The notes: generated by a model not told the origin, from the sequence alone. DNA of 64,000 nucleotides from Cetorhinus maximus (GCF_964194155.1 NC_135883.1:34596001-34660000); one strand, 5' to 3'. Shown: positions 13,452-27,589, counted from the first letter of the stretch. Made by a program: numbers and translations.

Positions 13452-14030
13452 CATAGAATGACAAGATGAGAAGGAGGGATTCAGCCCATCATGGCTGTGC
13501 CAGCTCTTTCAAAGTGCTGTTCAATTAGACCTGCTTTCCTGGTCTTTCCCCAAAGCCCAGCATATTTTCCTTTCCAAATATTTATCCAATTTCCTTTGGA
13601 AAGTTATTCAAGGCTGAGATTGACAGATTTTTGGATTTGAGCGGAATCGAGGGATAGTGATCAGGTGGGGAAGTGGAGTTGAGGCTGAAGAATAGCCATA
13701 ATCTTATTGAATGGTGACGCAGTCTTGAGGGGCCATAAAACCTACTCCCACTCTTGTTTCTGATGTTCTTGATATTGAATCTGCTCCCATCACTCTTTCA
13801 GACAGCACGTTACATATTATAACAACTTGTATTTTTTTTCTTGTTGCTGCTTCTAATGCCAATCAGATTAAACACCTCTACCCAATCTCCCCTTAACCTT
13901 CTTTGCTGTGAGGAGAACAATGCTAGCTTCTCTCGTCTCTCCATATAGCTGAAGTCCCTCAACACTAATTCCTGTAAATCTCTCTTGCACTCTATCTGAA
14001 GCCTTGATATCCCTCTAAACTGTGTTGTCC
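13452..14030 (-). mobile_element. Old CR1 3' fragment (minus) with a plus-strand CR1 tail nested at ~13608-13770
   Basis: attcagcccatcatggctgtgccagc tail on minus. Nested ttcaaggctgagattgacag...cctactcccactcttgtttctgatgttctt on plus. Confidence 0.7.
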
Positions 14031-14146
14031 AGATATATACACACGCAATTAGAAAAATATGTTATGCATTACTTGATATTGGGCTTCTGTCCCAACGTTC
14101 TGAATAACAATGAGGAATCATGTGGAAGACCTGCTTTTGAAATAAT

Positions 14147-15105
14147 GGCCTGGATCTCCTGTGGACTGGTAATCTCGTCAGGTTGCCACTCCACTCAAAC
14201 ATTTTCCCTGCCTTGATGTTGGTCCACATTTCTTGCCAGGTTTTCTGAGCCCGCTTTACCAGGAATGTAGGAGCACAGCATCCATCGGTACACTCAGTCG
14301 CAGCGCTGTTGAATTGGGGGAAGATGGGACATGCTCCTTTTCTATGGCATCAGCTGCTGTATGGTAAGTTTAAAGATTCAGTTCGAGTGTCAGTGAATGG
14401 GTGAATATTAAAATGGGTGAATAAGTGAGTGAGTGAATTGTTAGGGTGGGTGAGGTTGGCATGTGGGTGAGGGCAGCAGGTGGGTGAGGTGGGCAGGTGG
14501 GTTAGGTGGGTCCACGGGCAGGCGGATGGTCGAGGGTACAGCATGTTCAGGAGGGATAGTTGGGTTGGATCAGAGGGAGTAGTCGGGTGGATGGGAAGGG
14601 TGGTATGGGATATTGCTACTTCTATTGTCAGTCAGATTAAACACCTCTACCCAATCTCCCCTTAACCTTCTTTGCTGTGAGGAGAACAACGCTAGCTTCT
14701 CTCGCCTCTCCAGGGAGTTGGGAGTGTAGTTGGGAGGGTGTCAGGAGGATAGCCGGAGGGTGGGGGGGTCAGCGGAGGAGTTGGGTAGTCAGTGTGAATG
14801 ATGTGCTGGGGTGGGGCTCAGTTGCATGGTTACCGAGGAGTTAGACTAGGTTTTTCTTTCTAACATTTCCTGAGTAACTATCCAGGTAACTAAATCGGAA
14901 CTGTCTGAAGTTTCCGGCTCTTGCTCAGAATCTGAGATATTCGTGGAGGGTCCCAGGAAGCAGAGGAATTGTCCATCGGAAGTTCAGACTCCCCAGGCAA
15001 GTCCTACAGAGCCCTTGCATTGGGACTTCTGAGGTGCCCTAATACGCATCTTGGGTTGTTCGTCTACCTGATCTCCAGCAATCCAGAGACTGGAAGATTA
15101 GGACC
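14147..15105. mobile_element. Harbinger-type MITE with G-rich interior
   Basis: Termini ggcctggatctcc / ggaagattaggacc, AAT on both flanks (3-bp TSD). Confidence 0.65.
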
Positions 15106-16370
15106 AATAATTCAACTGAATTGAATTCTTACTTAATCATTTTGACATTTCACAAATATTGTTAGTTACAAGCTAGGTTTAGAGAATAATGGAAACATAT
15201 CGACCATGAAAGTAAATTAAAACATTTTTGATAACAAGTATAATTGCAGGTAACAGATTTGGGGGAATAAGGGAAAAAAGAACATTGTCTTTTATAAAGT
15301 GATAGGTGAATTATATAATAAATATCATATCTGTGGGGCATCAGAAAAGTATGTGAAGCTAGAAATTAACAGATGTGCACTTAATAGCTGATTTATTCAA
15401 ATATTTTTGGTGACCTTTGCCCAACTTTGTGCCAACTGTACGTAAGCCAGAAATCCGTATTGGGGATGATTGCCCATTTTTACCCTGGCACTGCTTAAGG
15501 TACTCCACTGCTAACCTGCTAATCTCTACTCTAGGGGTTCTCACTAGAAGTGCAGTATACAATAGGAGCAGTAATGCTACTCCTGATTGGGTTACTACCA
15601 CTTGGAGGGAGGGAAGATAATTGTGTGATGTTGCAGCTTTTAAAAGGTTCAGGTAGTTAAAGAGGGGGGCATCAATTTTTCAACAGTGGCAAGCACAATT
15701 ATAAGATGTTTTGGGAGGTGGTATTGGGGGGTTGTTGGGGGTGGGGTGGTAGGAAGCAGCTGAAAGGGCTCCCAGCTTCTGAGATATATCTTTAAAGGTA
15801 TTCCTGACTGGGATGAGGCTTAAAACACTTGTTGGTCGTTGAGGGCAGGAAGCCTCATGAAAGGGTTGTCCAGGCCATGTGGGTGGAGGTTGCTGAAGCA
15901 GTAAGTTCAACCCTGCACTACCAGTGCACACAGTGCAGGAACAGGTTCAATGAACTCACAATGGTGGCAAGGTAAGCTAAGACACTTGCCAGAATTTTTG
16001 GCTCGGTGCACGGGCGTTCGCCCGACACACCCGAGCATTAAATAAAGGGCATTGCCATCGGCCAAGCGTGCCAACGTCAACGCGCACTCTCGCGATATTT
16101 CGGTAAGCGCGCGCGATGAAGATGGAGGTGGGCCCGCCATTAATTAAGTGGGCAGTCAAGGCCCTTGAGACACCAATTGTCTTAGATTTTACGTGGCCCA
16201 TGCGATTTTCAGGCCGTTGCGCGGGCTAAACGGGCAGGCGGGCAGGCCACAGTTTCAAAAGCCTCATCCACGGGCAGGATAAGAAGGGTCAGTGGGCTTG
16301 TAAACGTGAGTAGTTTAGGATATAACTTGCTGCTGGTTGCTTGTGTGAATAGGGCATCTTCATTTGTGCA

Positions 16371-16737
16371 TAAAATTATGAGGGGTATAGATAGGGTAGA
16401 GAGGAAGGAACTTTTCCCCTTGGGTGGAGGGATCAATAACCAGGGGGCATAGATTTAGGGTAAGGGGCAGGAGGTTTAGAGGGGATGTGAGGAAGAATCT
16501 TTTCATCCAGAGGGTGGTGGGAATCTGGAAATCCCTGCCTGAAAGGGTGGTAGAGGCAGAAACCCTCATAACATTTAAGAAGTATTTGGATGTGCACTTA
16601 AGATGCCGTGGCATACAAGGCTATGGGCCTAGTGCTGGAAAATGGGATTAGAATAGTTAGGTACTTGTTTGACCGGTGCAGACTCGATGGGCCAAAGGGC
16701 CTTTTTCTATGCTGTAGATCTCTATGACTATGACTCT
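16371..16737 (+). mobile_element. CR1 3' fragment nested in H2
   Basis: EGSITRGHRFRVRGRRFRGDVRKNLFIQRVV, with tail ctctatgactatgactcta. Confidence 0.92.
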
Positions 16738-16869
16738 ATTTTGCTTCAGAGCTGCATTGACAGAAATAAGAGGCTTCAGTTCAGGACTCAGTGTTGCTTT
16801 CCAGGCCCCTGGAAGCTTCATACCATTTGGGGCCTTCTAGGTATCAGACAGCCTTCCTTTACCCTGGGA

Positions 16870-18106
16870 ATGGGGATCGTGGTCTCCATTGGAGGCACCT
16901 CCTCTGAGGGGGAAGAGAGGGCCACAAGAGGGAGGAGGCCAGGAGTCCATATTCAGCCTCCAGGGGAGCCACCTGTGGGAGGACAGGCGCAGGCACAAGG
17001 GGCACAGGGCCAAAAGGAAGTCCAAGGCGGAAGGGGCCGCAGAAGACGCCGCTATCCTGTTGCCAGGGTTTAGAGGCGGCGATGCAGCTACCTCAATATG
17101 TCTGAGGTACAATGCCGAAGGAGGCTCTGCCTCTTAAGGGAGACAGTGAACTCCATTTGTCAGAGGATCGGTCCTGAGATCAGTTCCAACTGTGTGAGCG
17201 GACACCCCATGCCAGTGGCTCTGAAGGTCACAGTGGCCCTCAACTTCTATGCCTCCAGCTCTTTCCAGGGGTCAGTGGGGGATCTATGTGGAGTCTCCCA
17301 GTCAGCTGTCCACAGTTGCGTCAAGCTGGTGACAGAGGCTCTGTTCAGGCAGGTATTGACTTTCATTCACTACTGTACGGACGAGGCCAGACTGGCAGAG
17401 TGAGCCAGAGGCTTCGCAGTGATTGCTGGCTTCCCCCGCATCCAGGATTCAATAGACTGTACACATGTGGCCATCAAGGTACCAGCGGGTCAGCCGGGTA
17501 CCTTCGTCAACAGGAAGGGCTTCCACTCCATGAACGTGCAGATAGTGTGTGACCACAGGATGCAGATTCTACAAGTCTGTGCAAGGTACCCAGGCAGCTC
17601 CCATGACGCTTACATCCTCAGGCACTCCCAGGTGCCTGGGCTCTTCAGTGCTCCAGCCTGACTGGATGGATGGCTGCTGGGTGACAAGGGCTATCCCCTC
17701 AGAAGGTGGCTCATGTTGCCTCTCCGCCACCCAAGAACAGAGGCTGGGCAGCGTTACAATAGGAGCCACGTCTCCACAAGAGCGATGGTAGAGAGAACCA
17801 TAGGTCTTCTCAAGGTGCGCTTCCGATGCCTAGACCATTCAGGGGGCGCACTGCAATACCCCTCAAGGTCGTGTGTCACTGATAGTGGTTGCAGGCTGCA
17901 CTCTCCTCAATCTGGCGCAGGAAAGGGGGGACGCAGTGCAGGAAGAAGATCTTGATGCAGCTGCACAGGCAACAGACGATGAGTCTAATAGTGAGTCCGA
18001 GGACGAGCACGGTCAGGAGAACACTGAGGGCATAGACACTGACCTGGGTAACCTCCAGGGAGGCAGGGACATCCGGGGTGCTTTGATCCAACGCTCCTGT
18101 AGCTAG
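16870..18106 (+). pseudogene. Harbinger (HARBI1-like, DDE_Tnp_4) transposase with stops and frameshifts
   Basis: [79 protein letters not shown] and an acidic tail. Confidence 0.95.
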
Positions 18107-18420
18107 GCTTCCAAATAAGAACCACCACCACATGCCAGGGCTGCAGGCTCCATACTCGATCCCTGAAAGGACCAGTTCCTTGGTCAACAACATAGACTAT
18201 GTGCCTTTGCAATGAAGTTTAAGGAGAAACATGTCCATCATAACATCATGGTCTACCCTGCACCCACAGAACAAATGAAGCATCCAGAGGCCAGTTGCAC
18301 AAAAGCACATTTAATTAACTGGTGCCTGGCAAACATTCTACAAATTAACATTGACAGGTCTTTTCCATCACACCAATAAACACTGAACGGAAAAATGGGG
18401 GAAGCAAATATCACCCGTGA

Positions 18421-20290
18421 TCAGGTCATGTTGTGATTAAGGTGCTTTAAGTTTTCGTTTGTGGGTGCTATGTCTGGTGCTCCCCCATCGCTGGCACCTG
18501 CATTGGAGGCAGCCTGCTGACTCTGCTGACCTGTCGGCCTTGATGACTTTGGCAGGCGTCCTTTGGCCAGTGGAGCCTGTGCTGGATCCACCTGGGATGG
18601 AGTGGCCAGTGTCACGGCTGGCATCTCCCCAGTCACCGCAGCCTCATTGGATGCCATGGTCTCTGGCAGAGGGGTGGAGGAGCTGCTGCCATCATCCGGA
18701 ACGCCCTGAGAGGAGCCCGCAGAGACGACGGGCAGCTCGTGTGCCAACGTGAGGTCGCTCTGGACCTCCCTACTCACCATTGATGGTCGGGCACCTAGCT
18801 GGGACACTGGGTACCCAATTCATCTCCCACACTGACACTGACCAGCTGAGGTCATTGCCGGTGTGAGGGCTTGCAGGTCTGAGCGTTTCCCCAGGATTGA
18901 GTCCCTGGAGGAGCCTCTCCATGAGAGTTGCCACTCTCTCCATGGAGGAGGCATTGTGCTCAGCCATGAGGGTCAATGCATTGCTCACGCTCTGCAAGGA
19001 TTCCACCACAATGGAGACCATGGCACGCATTCCCTCATGTATCTCCGCCAGATCCTCCCGCACACCCTGCTGGACATCCAGCATCTGCTGCCTCATGGAC
19101 GATTCCAGAGGCACATCATCAGCCATCGACTAAGCATTGTCCTGGTCCCCAGCCGTCCTCTGACTGCCGGCACCCTGGGCACCCTCTGCTTCTGCCTGCA
19201 CCTCAAGCAACTTTGAAGTGCCCTCACCAATGTCTACCAAGATAGTAGCCAGCAATCTAATGCCCACTGAGGTGCTGGTATCTGTGCTGGTGCCTGCTTC
19301 AGAGAGCGGGTGTGATGCATATGCGTTTTGGTCAGTGTGGTCCTCGAGGGTCAGGGGCGGGCCTTCAGGCTCCTCATCCCGAAGGGCTGGTGGTGAGCCT
19401 AAAAAGAAGAACAAGGACATGTCATTAGTTGAAGTTGTCACACTGTTACTGTGCATGCCTGGCAGCCACATGAGACAGAGATATGCATCATGGTGCCCTA
19501 GTCTTTCCATTATCAGTGGGGATTCCAGGTTTGAGGCTCACATCAATAAAGAGAATACACTGGAATAGTTGCAAAAACCTACATTCTCACCTCAGTGCAC
19601 TGCACTCTTACCTCACTGTGGCACACCAACCTCACTGCGACTGCTTGACCTAGGCGCATGGCACCTGTAGATTTCCAGGGCCCCCTGCTCATAAGAAGTG
19701 AGGATTAGTAGGTGTGGCAGTTCCCCACAAGTATGCGACCTCTCTGAATTGTTATGGGATGTTTTCTCCTGAAAGGATAGGGGAGCACTGATCAGTCCAC
19801 TCTCTACCTGCAGCGCCATTGCAGCCTGGCCAACCCCACCTGAGGAACACCTCGCAGGGCTCAGCCGATTCGTGACCCTGGAGCTGCAAGACACTCAGTC
19901 CAAACAGCCAGGGCTCACCCCCTTGGCCAGATGCTGCCTCATTGACATTTGCCACTCACACTCTAACACCCGAGGTCCACAGGGGTTGGGCAGCTCTTAC
20001 CTGTTCTGCAAAGTGACCCATACCATCACGGTACTCACCCTTCCCGATCGCAGAGATTGTTGAAGTGCTTCTGGCACTGCACCCATGTGCGCCTCACCAC
20101 GCCGTGGCTGCTGACCCTGGATGTCACCTCCTTCCAGGCCTTTTTGGTGAGGTGGGGGGGCCTTCTCCTCCTGTCCCCAGGGACAAATGTTTCTCTCCTC
20201 GCTGCCACCTTCTCGAGGAGGGCACAGAGGCACTCATCAGAGAAACGTGGGGCCGAATGCCCCACCAACCTGTCCTCCCGCCTGCCATGT
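18421..20290 (-). pseudogene. Harbinger Myb/SANT (trihelix, NAIF1/MSANTD-like) gene, 3 exons (~20290-20039, 19768-19612, 19398-~18421)
   Basis: APRFSDECLCALLEKVAARRETF..KKAWKEVTSRVSSHGVVRRTWVQCQKHFNNL. Donors gtgagt and gtaaga with pyrimidine-rich acceptors. Confidence 0.88.
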
Positions 20291-22195
20291 CCGCCCGCAA
20301 CACTTTCCAACACGACTTCCGCGCACTTCGGTGGTGGCCTTCCAAGGGCTGCCGAGGCCACATTTGAATCGGTGGACATTGGGCACCCACTATGACCCAC
20401 CCCTTTGCACTCATTCCATAGCCGTGTCTTACGCTGGACGGGCCTTAATCGGCAAAACTCTGCCCCCTGGTGCCAGTACACATCCTCAATCAGTCATTTA
20501 ACCACTTGAACTCTTATTCTTTCTCTGTCATCAGCTGGGTGTTAGGAGAACTCATTTATGCGCCTCTGCGAACACTCAAGTGCCATTTTAATCAACCATT
20601 CTGTCAACTCTCACAGCCTGCACAAGGGGTCTTATAGTTTGGAAGTTCATTTAAAGGGGCTTTGCACTTGCATCACATGGGATGCATGTGCTCGTGGGGG
20701 GCACAAACAAGTGTTCTATGCCACTCATATTCCTTTATCAATGTGTTCTCTAACTGCAAATGGAAAGCTGGCACACAACTGCTAAGAGAGTGCTGCAACT
20801 TTGGGAGGACCACCAAGACTGCAAATTTGGAGTCAATATGAACAGGAAACTCTGCTATTGGTAGGTAGTCACATTGAGTGGGTGAAGTTGAAGGCAAAAT
20901 GGCCAGGGAAGGTTAGCAACAGCAGAAGTAATGTCACTTCATGGACATTTTTTCAAAGTGCCCTTACATTCAGCTGCTATTTCTTCGAGGAGAACTGTCA
21001 CTCTGTGCTCACCTAAACAAACTGTTCTGCATTTCACATCATATGGGGTGTGCTGGAGGAAGAGGCCAAACACTTCAATGGCCACCCAGCCACTTTCAGA
21101 GAAACAGCTGCTTCCACTTCCACATCTGAAACTTCAATCACGTCATCACCATCTCTGCTATGACAACTTGTCTGCCCAGAGACACTCGTTCAAGGAGTGG
21201 TTGCTAAGTCAGTTAAGGTTTTTTCTGGTTGAAGCACTCAGAACTAAGAAGGACCAGAAAATGAAAGGAATGGGGGGGATGTTGTTTGGCCTTGGACATT
21301 GGTGAAATGGCCCTTAGCTCTAGAGTCTAGGGCTCAGGAATTCAGAGGTCCAATCTTCAAAAGAACTATCATTAGGGAGCATCAATCTCATGTGCAGGCA
21401 ATGGAGATATTTCCAAGTAAATGGCTGAGATGATGAAGAAGTTGGTGATGTCTGTTATACATAGCTGCTAAAAAATGTGGGATGGTTCCCACAACATGAA
21501 GAACACCCTGTAGAAAGTGATAGTCAAGGAGATTTTTGCAGCAGCAGAAGGCACCATAAGGACGTACTAAGGATATTAGTAACTTCCAGACTGGCAGCCA
21601 CCACTATCCCAATGGCTCCCTTGAGGGTGGGGATGGGAGTGGTGTGCAGCTTGAATTACACATGAGCACAAGGTTTCGAAGATTCCAAGGTATTGTTGGG
21701 ACTCTGGTTTGTAATGACACCACCCAGTAGCATCTCTGCCCTGTCTTTGATAAATGGGAGGATCCATTATTTATAAGGCTGAGGAGAAACTCCTGTGTAA
21801 AGCTGGGGCTGGTAAAGCCAAGTGCTGAACAAATTTATAGCCCTTTGGCCGAAAGAGTTGCGGATTTTCCGATCCTAATGCATTCTGGTTTCAGACTAAT
21901 TGTGAGTTGCTTCGTTATTTTTTGCTAAATCATGACAACTTTTGGTGCTCTCGACATCACCAATAAAAAATACATTGCACCTATTTCAGCCATATTCGAG
22001 AATCCCACATCTAAGTTAAAGCAGGAACACAGAGAAAAACTCTGGCAAGAGAGCAGTGGAATGACCTGGAAATAAGTTTCACAGCCAGTGTCCAATGGGA
22101 TCTTTACTTGGACAGAATCTCAGTCTGCCCCAAATACGCTACTGTGTATTAAAAGAGGGTGTGCTCCTCATAAGGGGACTTCCTTCTTTCCTTAC

Positions 22196-22248
22196 CTCAG
22201 TAGGACACTGAATGTAGTGGTTGATATGTCCAGTGAGGTGAGAAAAAC
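22196..22248 (-). CDS. Candidate host-gene exon (53 bp, phase 0/2): VFLTSLDISTTTFSVLL
   Basis: Acceptor ttgacttgtgcccttcag, strong donor GAG|gtaagg. Phase joins exon 7078-7267 (AG+A = Arg). Confidence 0.5.
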
Positions 22249-22413
22249 CTGAAGGGCACAAGTCAAGATAGATTTTTAAAGTTTTGTGTCATTGACTCCT
22301 TTTTATAAGGAAGTGGTGGAAAATTGGTTTCTCTGGGCCAGAAGTTACTAAAATTAGGCATTAAATCTGTGTATGATGGAAACACTGCGGAGGGGCATCC
22401 CTGTCCACAATAT

Positions 22414-25400
22414 GGCTACAAATATTAGGCGCTGTAATGCCGATTAATTTTTATAAGTGTTAGTCCAGTAGCAAAATAGTGTCCTCACTGTTTCCAGCCC
22501 TTGTTGAGGGCATTAGCGCAGGGATTATGAGTATGTGCTGGAGTCATGCAGAGTAGGAAGATTATGATGTCAGTCAGTTTGCAACATGGATGCCAGCACG
22601 GCCATTTTTGACCTCATCTCTCTAGTTACCACACTGTCCCAACATGCGCAGATGACCATGCTTGCATGAGCACAAAGGACCCCCCTCCCTCCCATCAGTG
22701 TTATTTTAAGGGGTTATCAACAACTTGCAGGTTGATTGCTAATGACTTTCTACTGGCTCTGTTTGCATTTGAGGAAGTGCTGGGTGTTTGGAGGAGTTGG
22801 TTACAGTTGGTGAAGACTGCAGGGAATGATCTTGCATATGAGGAAGGTGTTGGTTGTTTTTGCAGGGTCTCTGGGCACACCACTTTCTCCCAGTCATGGG
22901 CTGCATTGGAACAATCCCCCTTGGGCTGTGGCAAGAGATGATGCAGAGACTGCAAAGTGGAAGAGAAGCAGCTCGCACAGGGAGGAGGAGGGGGAGAAGG
23001 GCTCTCTGCAAGTGGCCTTATCCACCTGGCGTATTCTGGGACCATTTTCCTTATCCCCACTTAAGCCAGGAGCAGTTTGTTCGGCACCTGCAATTCACAA
23101 AGGAGGTGCTCGCAGAACTCTGCTACCTCTTGGAACCAGGCATGCAGCCTTAGAGCTGTGTGATGACAGCACTGCCTGTGAATGTGAAGTTGACTGTGGC
23201 CTTCTGAATAGAGAGAAGCAGACAGAATGCGCGCAAGGCTTTTCCAGGATAGCAGGCTTCCACATAGTGCAGGAAGCCTTCGACTACACATTTGGCTTTG
23301 TAGGCACTGCAGTGCTGAGATGTTCCATAACCCCTAGAGTTGCCTCTCAGTGTGCAGTTGGTATGTGATTATGCTTCGCACATCATGCTGAAAAATGCCA
23401 ACTATCCTGGCAGCAGTCATAATGCATTCATTCTGTACCAGTCTGTTGCTTTATCCATGTTTCACCCAGAGTGGCTGCTTGGTGATGAGGACTATTCACT
23501 CAACACTTGGCTGACTCACCTCTGTAATCCAAACACACGCGCTCACCACTCATAGAGTGAGCTATGCTGCCATAAGGAACATCACTGCGCAGATAATTGG
23601 GATACTGAAGCAGAGGTTTCTCCTGTCTCGATGGTTCTGGTGGAGCCCTCCTATAGTCACTGGAGCAGATACCTGAGTGTGTGGTGGCTTGCTACATCCT
23701 CCAGAAGCTGGCAATCATGACGGCATAGCCCTTGCTACCACAGATTTGGCAATGACTTCATGAAAAGGAGGGGAGGAGGCAGTCGGCACATGCATGTTCC
23801 AGGTGGCTGTCCATGTGCGTCTAATCTGACTGCGGTTCTCCTGAATACAACTCCAGATCAGCATTGTCCAGCAGTCCCATACCTTACCATCTTCAGCTAC
23901 GGACCGTCACAGTGTCCTCTTGGCCAGATTACTAAAATGGAAGCCACCAAAAAACAACCATTCTATACCAACTTTATACAACAAAACATCTAATAACCTG
24001 CACAAACTCAACTTATTACCCTTGTGCATTCCCTTGGTGTCTGTCATACGGGGACCTTTACCTGGCCTAAAGCTGGGATGTGATGCTACCCTGGTGGCTG
24101 CATCATGGCTGATGAAAGATTGCTGATTTTCACTGAGGAGAATGCAGATGGCCTTACAGGGCGACCTCAAGCAGCTTAGGGCCTAGAAGCACTGCACCAC
24201 CTTGGCATGGGTAGCAGCATTCTGGGCTGGCCAGCTGAAAGGCAGTGGCAGTGCTGGGAATGCTTTCATCCTGACAGAAGACTGCAGGTTTGTGCCCAAC
24301 TGAGCTTTGTCACTCTCCTGGTTATGTCACCTCAGCAATCTCTATTGATCTGATGGAGGACGGATTGCTGGACAGCCTTAAGACACTCAAAGCCCCTTTA
24401 AGCATTGAAATGGTCAAGATGGCAGCTGTCTGACCCTGCATGGGAACAAGCTGTGTGATTTCATGACCTCAGTCACTACAGTACACAGACGTTGTAGCTT
24501 CTGCTTGTGCTGCAATGGAAGCTGAGGTATCAGCCATCAGATGCTGCATCGTGGTTGAGGTCTGCAAGTGTTCTCATGGTCTTGACCACCACTTCCACAT
24601 GGGAAAGGGTAGGCTCCAAGCTCTGCATGAAGCTCTGTGCCAAGCTGGAACCAGATTCCCCTTCACAGTGCCAGCAGGCCTTTTAGCATGCTTCTCAATA
24701 TACCAAAAGCATTTCTGTTTGCGCACCCATCAACCTTTTTCTATATGCTATTCCATAAAAGTCTCCATCTGAGTCTTCTGCAGCAGAGCTCATCGGTGAG
24801 CTAATCCACCTGGGAGCTGACACACGTGCCACCCATTCCCCCGGCCTAACTGCAGGGCACTCATGCCTGATGAATCAGCATATGCAGATACTGCCTCTGT
24901 GCTACCATCTATAGTTTGTGCAGTTGCAGTTTCTGAGCTGTAGTTGCAAGTGTCAGATTGAGTGATAGTGTTTTTTTCTCATCAGTCTCTTCTCTTTCTA
25001 GGCCTTCACCTGAAAGTATAAAGGCAGTGGGCATGGTTGAGTTGAGAGAAGTGGGAGAAAGCAAGGAGTGAAGGGTTACACCATCTGCAGCTTGTACATC
25101 ATAACATATTACGGGTGGGATGTGAGAAGGTGGATTACAGTCACCTTCAATGGTTTCATCCATGCCTCTGGCCTCAGTGATGGCCACTCCAGTTATTTCC
25201 AACACCGTCTCCTCCATGGGGGTGGGTGCATGTGGTTGTGCCTGTCCTCACCATTATTTTTTTTTTATTCATTCATGGGATGTGGGTGTCACTGGCTGGG
25301 CCAGCATTTATTGCCCATCCCTAGTTGCCCTTGAGAAGGTGGTGGTGAGCTGCCTTCTTGAACCGCTGCAGTCCATGTGGTGTAGGTACTGTAGGAAGGG

Positions 25401-27238
25401 ACCTCCAGGATTTTGACCCAGCGACAGTGAAGGAACAGCAATATATTTCCAAGTCAAGATGGTGAGTGACTTGGAGGGGAACTTCCAGGTGGTGGTGTTC
25501 CCATCTATCTGCTGCCCTTGTCCTTCTAGATGGGAGGGGTCGTGGGTTTGGGAGATGCTGTCAAAGGAGCCTTATTGAATTCCTGCAGTGCATCTTGTAG
25601 ATGGTACACACTGCTGCTACTGTGCGTCGGTGGTGGAGGGAGTGAATGTTTGTGGATGTGGTGCCAATCAAGCAGGCTGCTTTGTCCTGGATGGTGTCCA
25701 GCTTCTTGAGTGTTGTGGGAGCTGCACTCATCCAGGCAAGTGGAGAGTATTCCATCACACTCCTGACTTGTGCCTTGTAGATAGTGGACAGGCTTTGGGG
25801 AGTCAAGAGGTGAGTTACTCTTTGCACGATTCCTAGCCTCTGACCTGCTCTTGTAGCAACTGTATTTATATGGCTAGTCCAGTTCAGTTTCAGGTCAATT
25901 GTAACTGCCAGGATGTTGATAGTGGGGGATTCAGTGGTGGTAATGCCATTGAACATCAAGTTGGATTCTCTCTTGTTGGAGATGGTCACTGCCTGACACT
26001 TGTAAGGTGTGGATTTAATTGCCACTTGTCAGCCCAGGCCTGGATATTGTCCAGGTCTTGCTGCATTTGGACATGGACTGCTTCAGTATCTGAGGAGTCG
26101 CGAATGGTGCTGAACATTGTGCAATCATCAGCGAACACCCCCACTTTGGACCTTATGATAGAAGGAATGTCATTGATGAAGCAGTTGAAGACTGTTGGGC
26201 CGAGGACACTACCATGAGGAACTCCTGCAGTGATGTCCTGGAGCTGAGATGACTGACCTCCAACAACCACAACCATCTTCCTTTGTGCTAGGTATGACTC
26301 CAACCAACAGAGAGTTTTCCCCCCGATTCCCATTGACTCCAGTTTTGCGAGGGCTCATTGATGCCACACTCTGTCAAATGCGGCCTTGGTGTCAAGGGCA
26401 GTCACTCTCACCTCAGCTCGGGAGTTCAGCTCCTTTGTCAATGTTTGAACCAAGGCTGTTAAGAGGTCAGGAGCTGAGTGGCCCTGGAAGAACACAAACT
26501 GGGCGTCAGTGAGCAGGCTATTGCTAAGCAAATGTTGCTTGATAACACTGTTGATGACCCCTTCCATTACTTTACTGATGATGGAGAGTAGACTAATGGG
26601 GCGGTAATTGGCTGGGTTGGATTTGTCCTGCTTTTTGTGTACAGGACATACCTGGGCAATTTTACACATAGTCGGGTAGATGCCAGTGTTGTAGCTGTAC
26701 TGGAACAGCTTGGCTAGGGGCGCAGCAAGTTCTGGAGCACAAGCCTTCAGTACTAGTGCTGGGTGCATGCCGGGCGCCCTGGGTGAGACAATGGAGATCT
26801 GCCTCATGATGTGGCCTCTTGCACCATTTCAAGAGCGCTTTCTAGTCTTCAAACTCGACCTTCAGCAACTCCTGCTGCATGTGTGAAGGCCCTGGTGAGT
26901 ATAAAAGACATGAATTAGTATTGGCAAAGTAAGAATGTTGCAGCTTATCATTGTGAAGATGATCATATTTCACTTGCTATTGGAGTCAGCATTAGTGAGT
27001 GTATGATATGTGAATCGTTGATACTTAATTGTGTCACAAGATAGCTGGGAGTTTCCCATCCCTGAGGGCCAGGACACTGAAATTCCACTGATGGCCACCA
27101 TCTCCTCCGCTGTATTTGCTAATTGGGAAATGTGTGGAGACCCAGCTCCAGCTCCCTCCTTCTCTCTCCTGTTCTGTGCTCTGTTCTATGCAGAAAAGAG
27201 CAAATCTTTGCATTACTATACAGGTTAAAATTGTAGCC
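22414..27238 (+). mobile_element. Older Harbinger transposon (H3), interrupted by a LINE
   Basis: TIR-like ggctacaaatatta / ttaaaattgtagcc. Transposase remnants 22850-23750 (LQFTKEVLAELCYLL; SVQLVCD..YPGSSHNAFIL..WLLGDEDY). Decayed Myb-like sequence on minus near 27030-27200. Confidence 0.8.
25257..26755 (-). mobile_element. 5'-truncated CR1-clade LINE (second family), RT to poly-A tail
   Basis: VLKACAPELAAPLAKLF..NYRPISLLSIISKVME, AGVPHGSVLGP..FADDC, IYKAQVRSVMEYS. T-run at 25257. Confidence 0.93.
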
Positions 27239-27589
27239 TGCATGACGAGAGTGAGTCCATTGGTGGGTGAATTCCCTGGATGATTCTCCCTGTTCCTTTT
27301 CCTTCTTTTCACTGGGTGGACAGGATTAAAATCTTGTTTTACACATGGGGAGTTGGTGGATTTCTTAATTTCAAAGATCAAAACCGTCTACTTTTCCATG
27401 CTTTACACGTGTTTAAGAGCCAATAATGGATAAATGCAAGTTAACCCTGCTCGACTCTCCTCAAATGTATAAATTATGGGACAAAATAAATGTTATGCAT
27501 CTTTGCATATTCTTTACCTGGCATAACATGATGTATATCTCTTTATTCTGATAAGCATAATTTAAAACCGGTAACTCAGAGGCACCCCC

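Larger units (their letters stand above)
15987..20466 (+). mobile_element. Near-complete Harbinger transposon (H2): transposase plus convergent Myb gene
   Basis: Termini gccagaattttt / aaaactctgcccc, CpG-rich subterminal DNA, and both Harbinger genes present. Confidence 0.92.

Noticed and set aside
16870-18106. Host HARBI1 gene
   Set aside because: Has stops and frameshifts, lies inside TIRs with a Myb partner, and has several paralogues nearby. It is a transposon copy.
20500-21750. Further Harbinger-like relics (also ~32480-32900, 41880-42760, 52000-52460)
   Set aside because: Suggestive fragments only, with no pairable TIRs or clear motifs.
26756-26812. LINE 5' tag as a U1 snRNA fragment or HDV-like ribozyme
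   Set aside because: Only short chance matches and no HDV pseudoknot. The tag aligns with Harbinger Myb intron 2.
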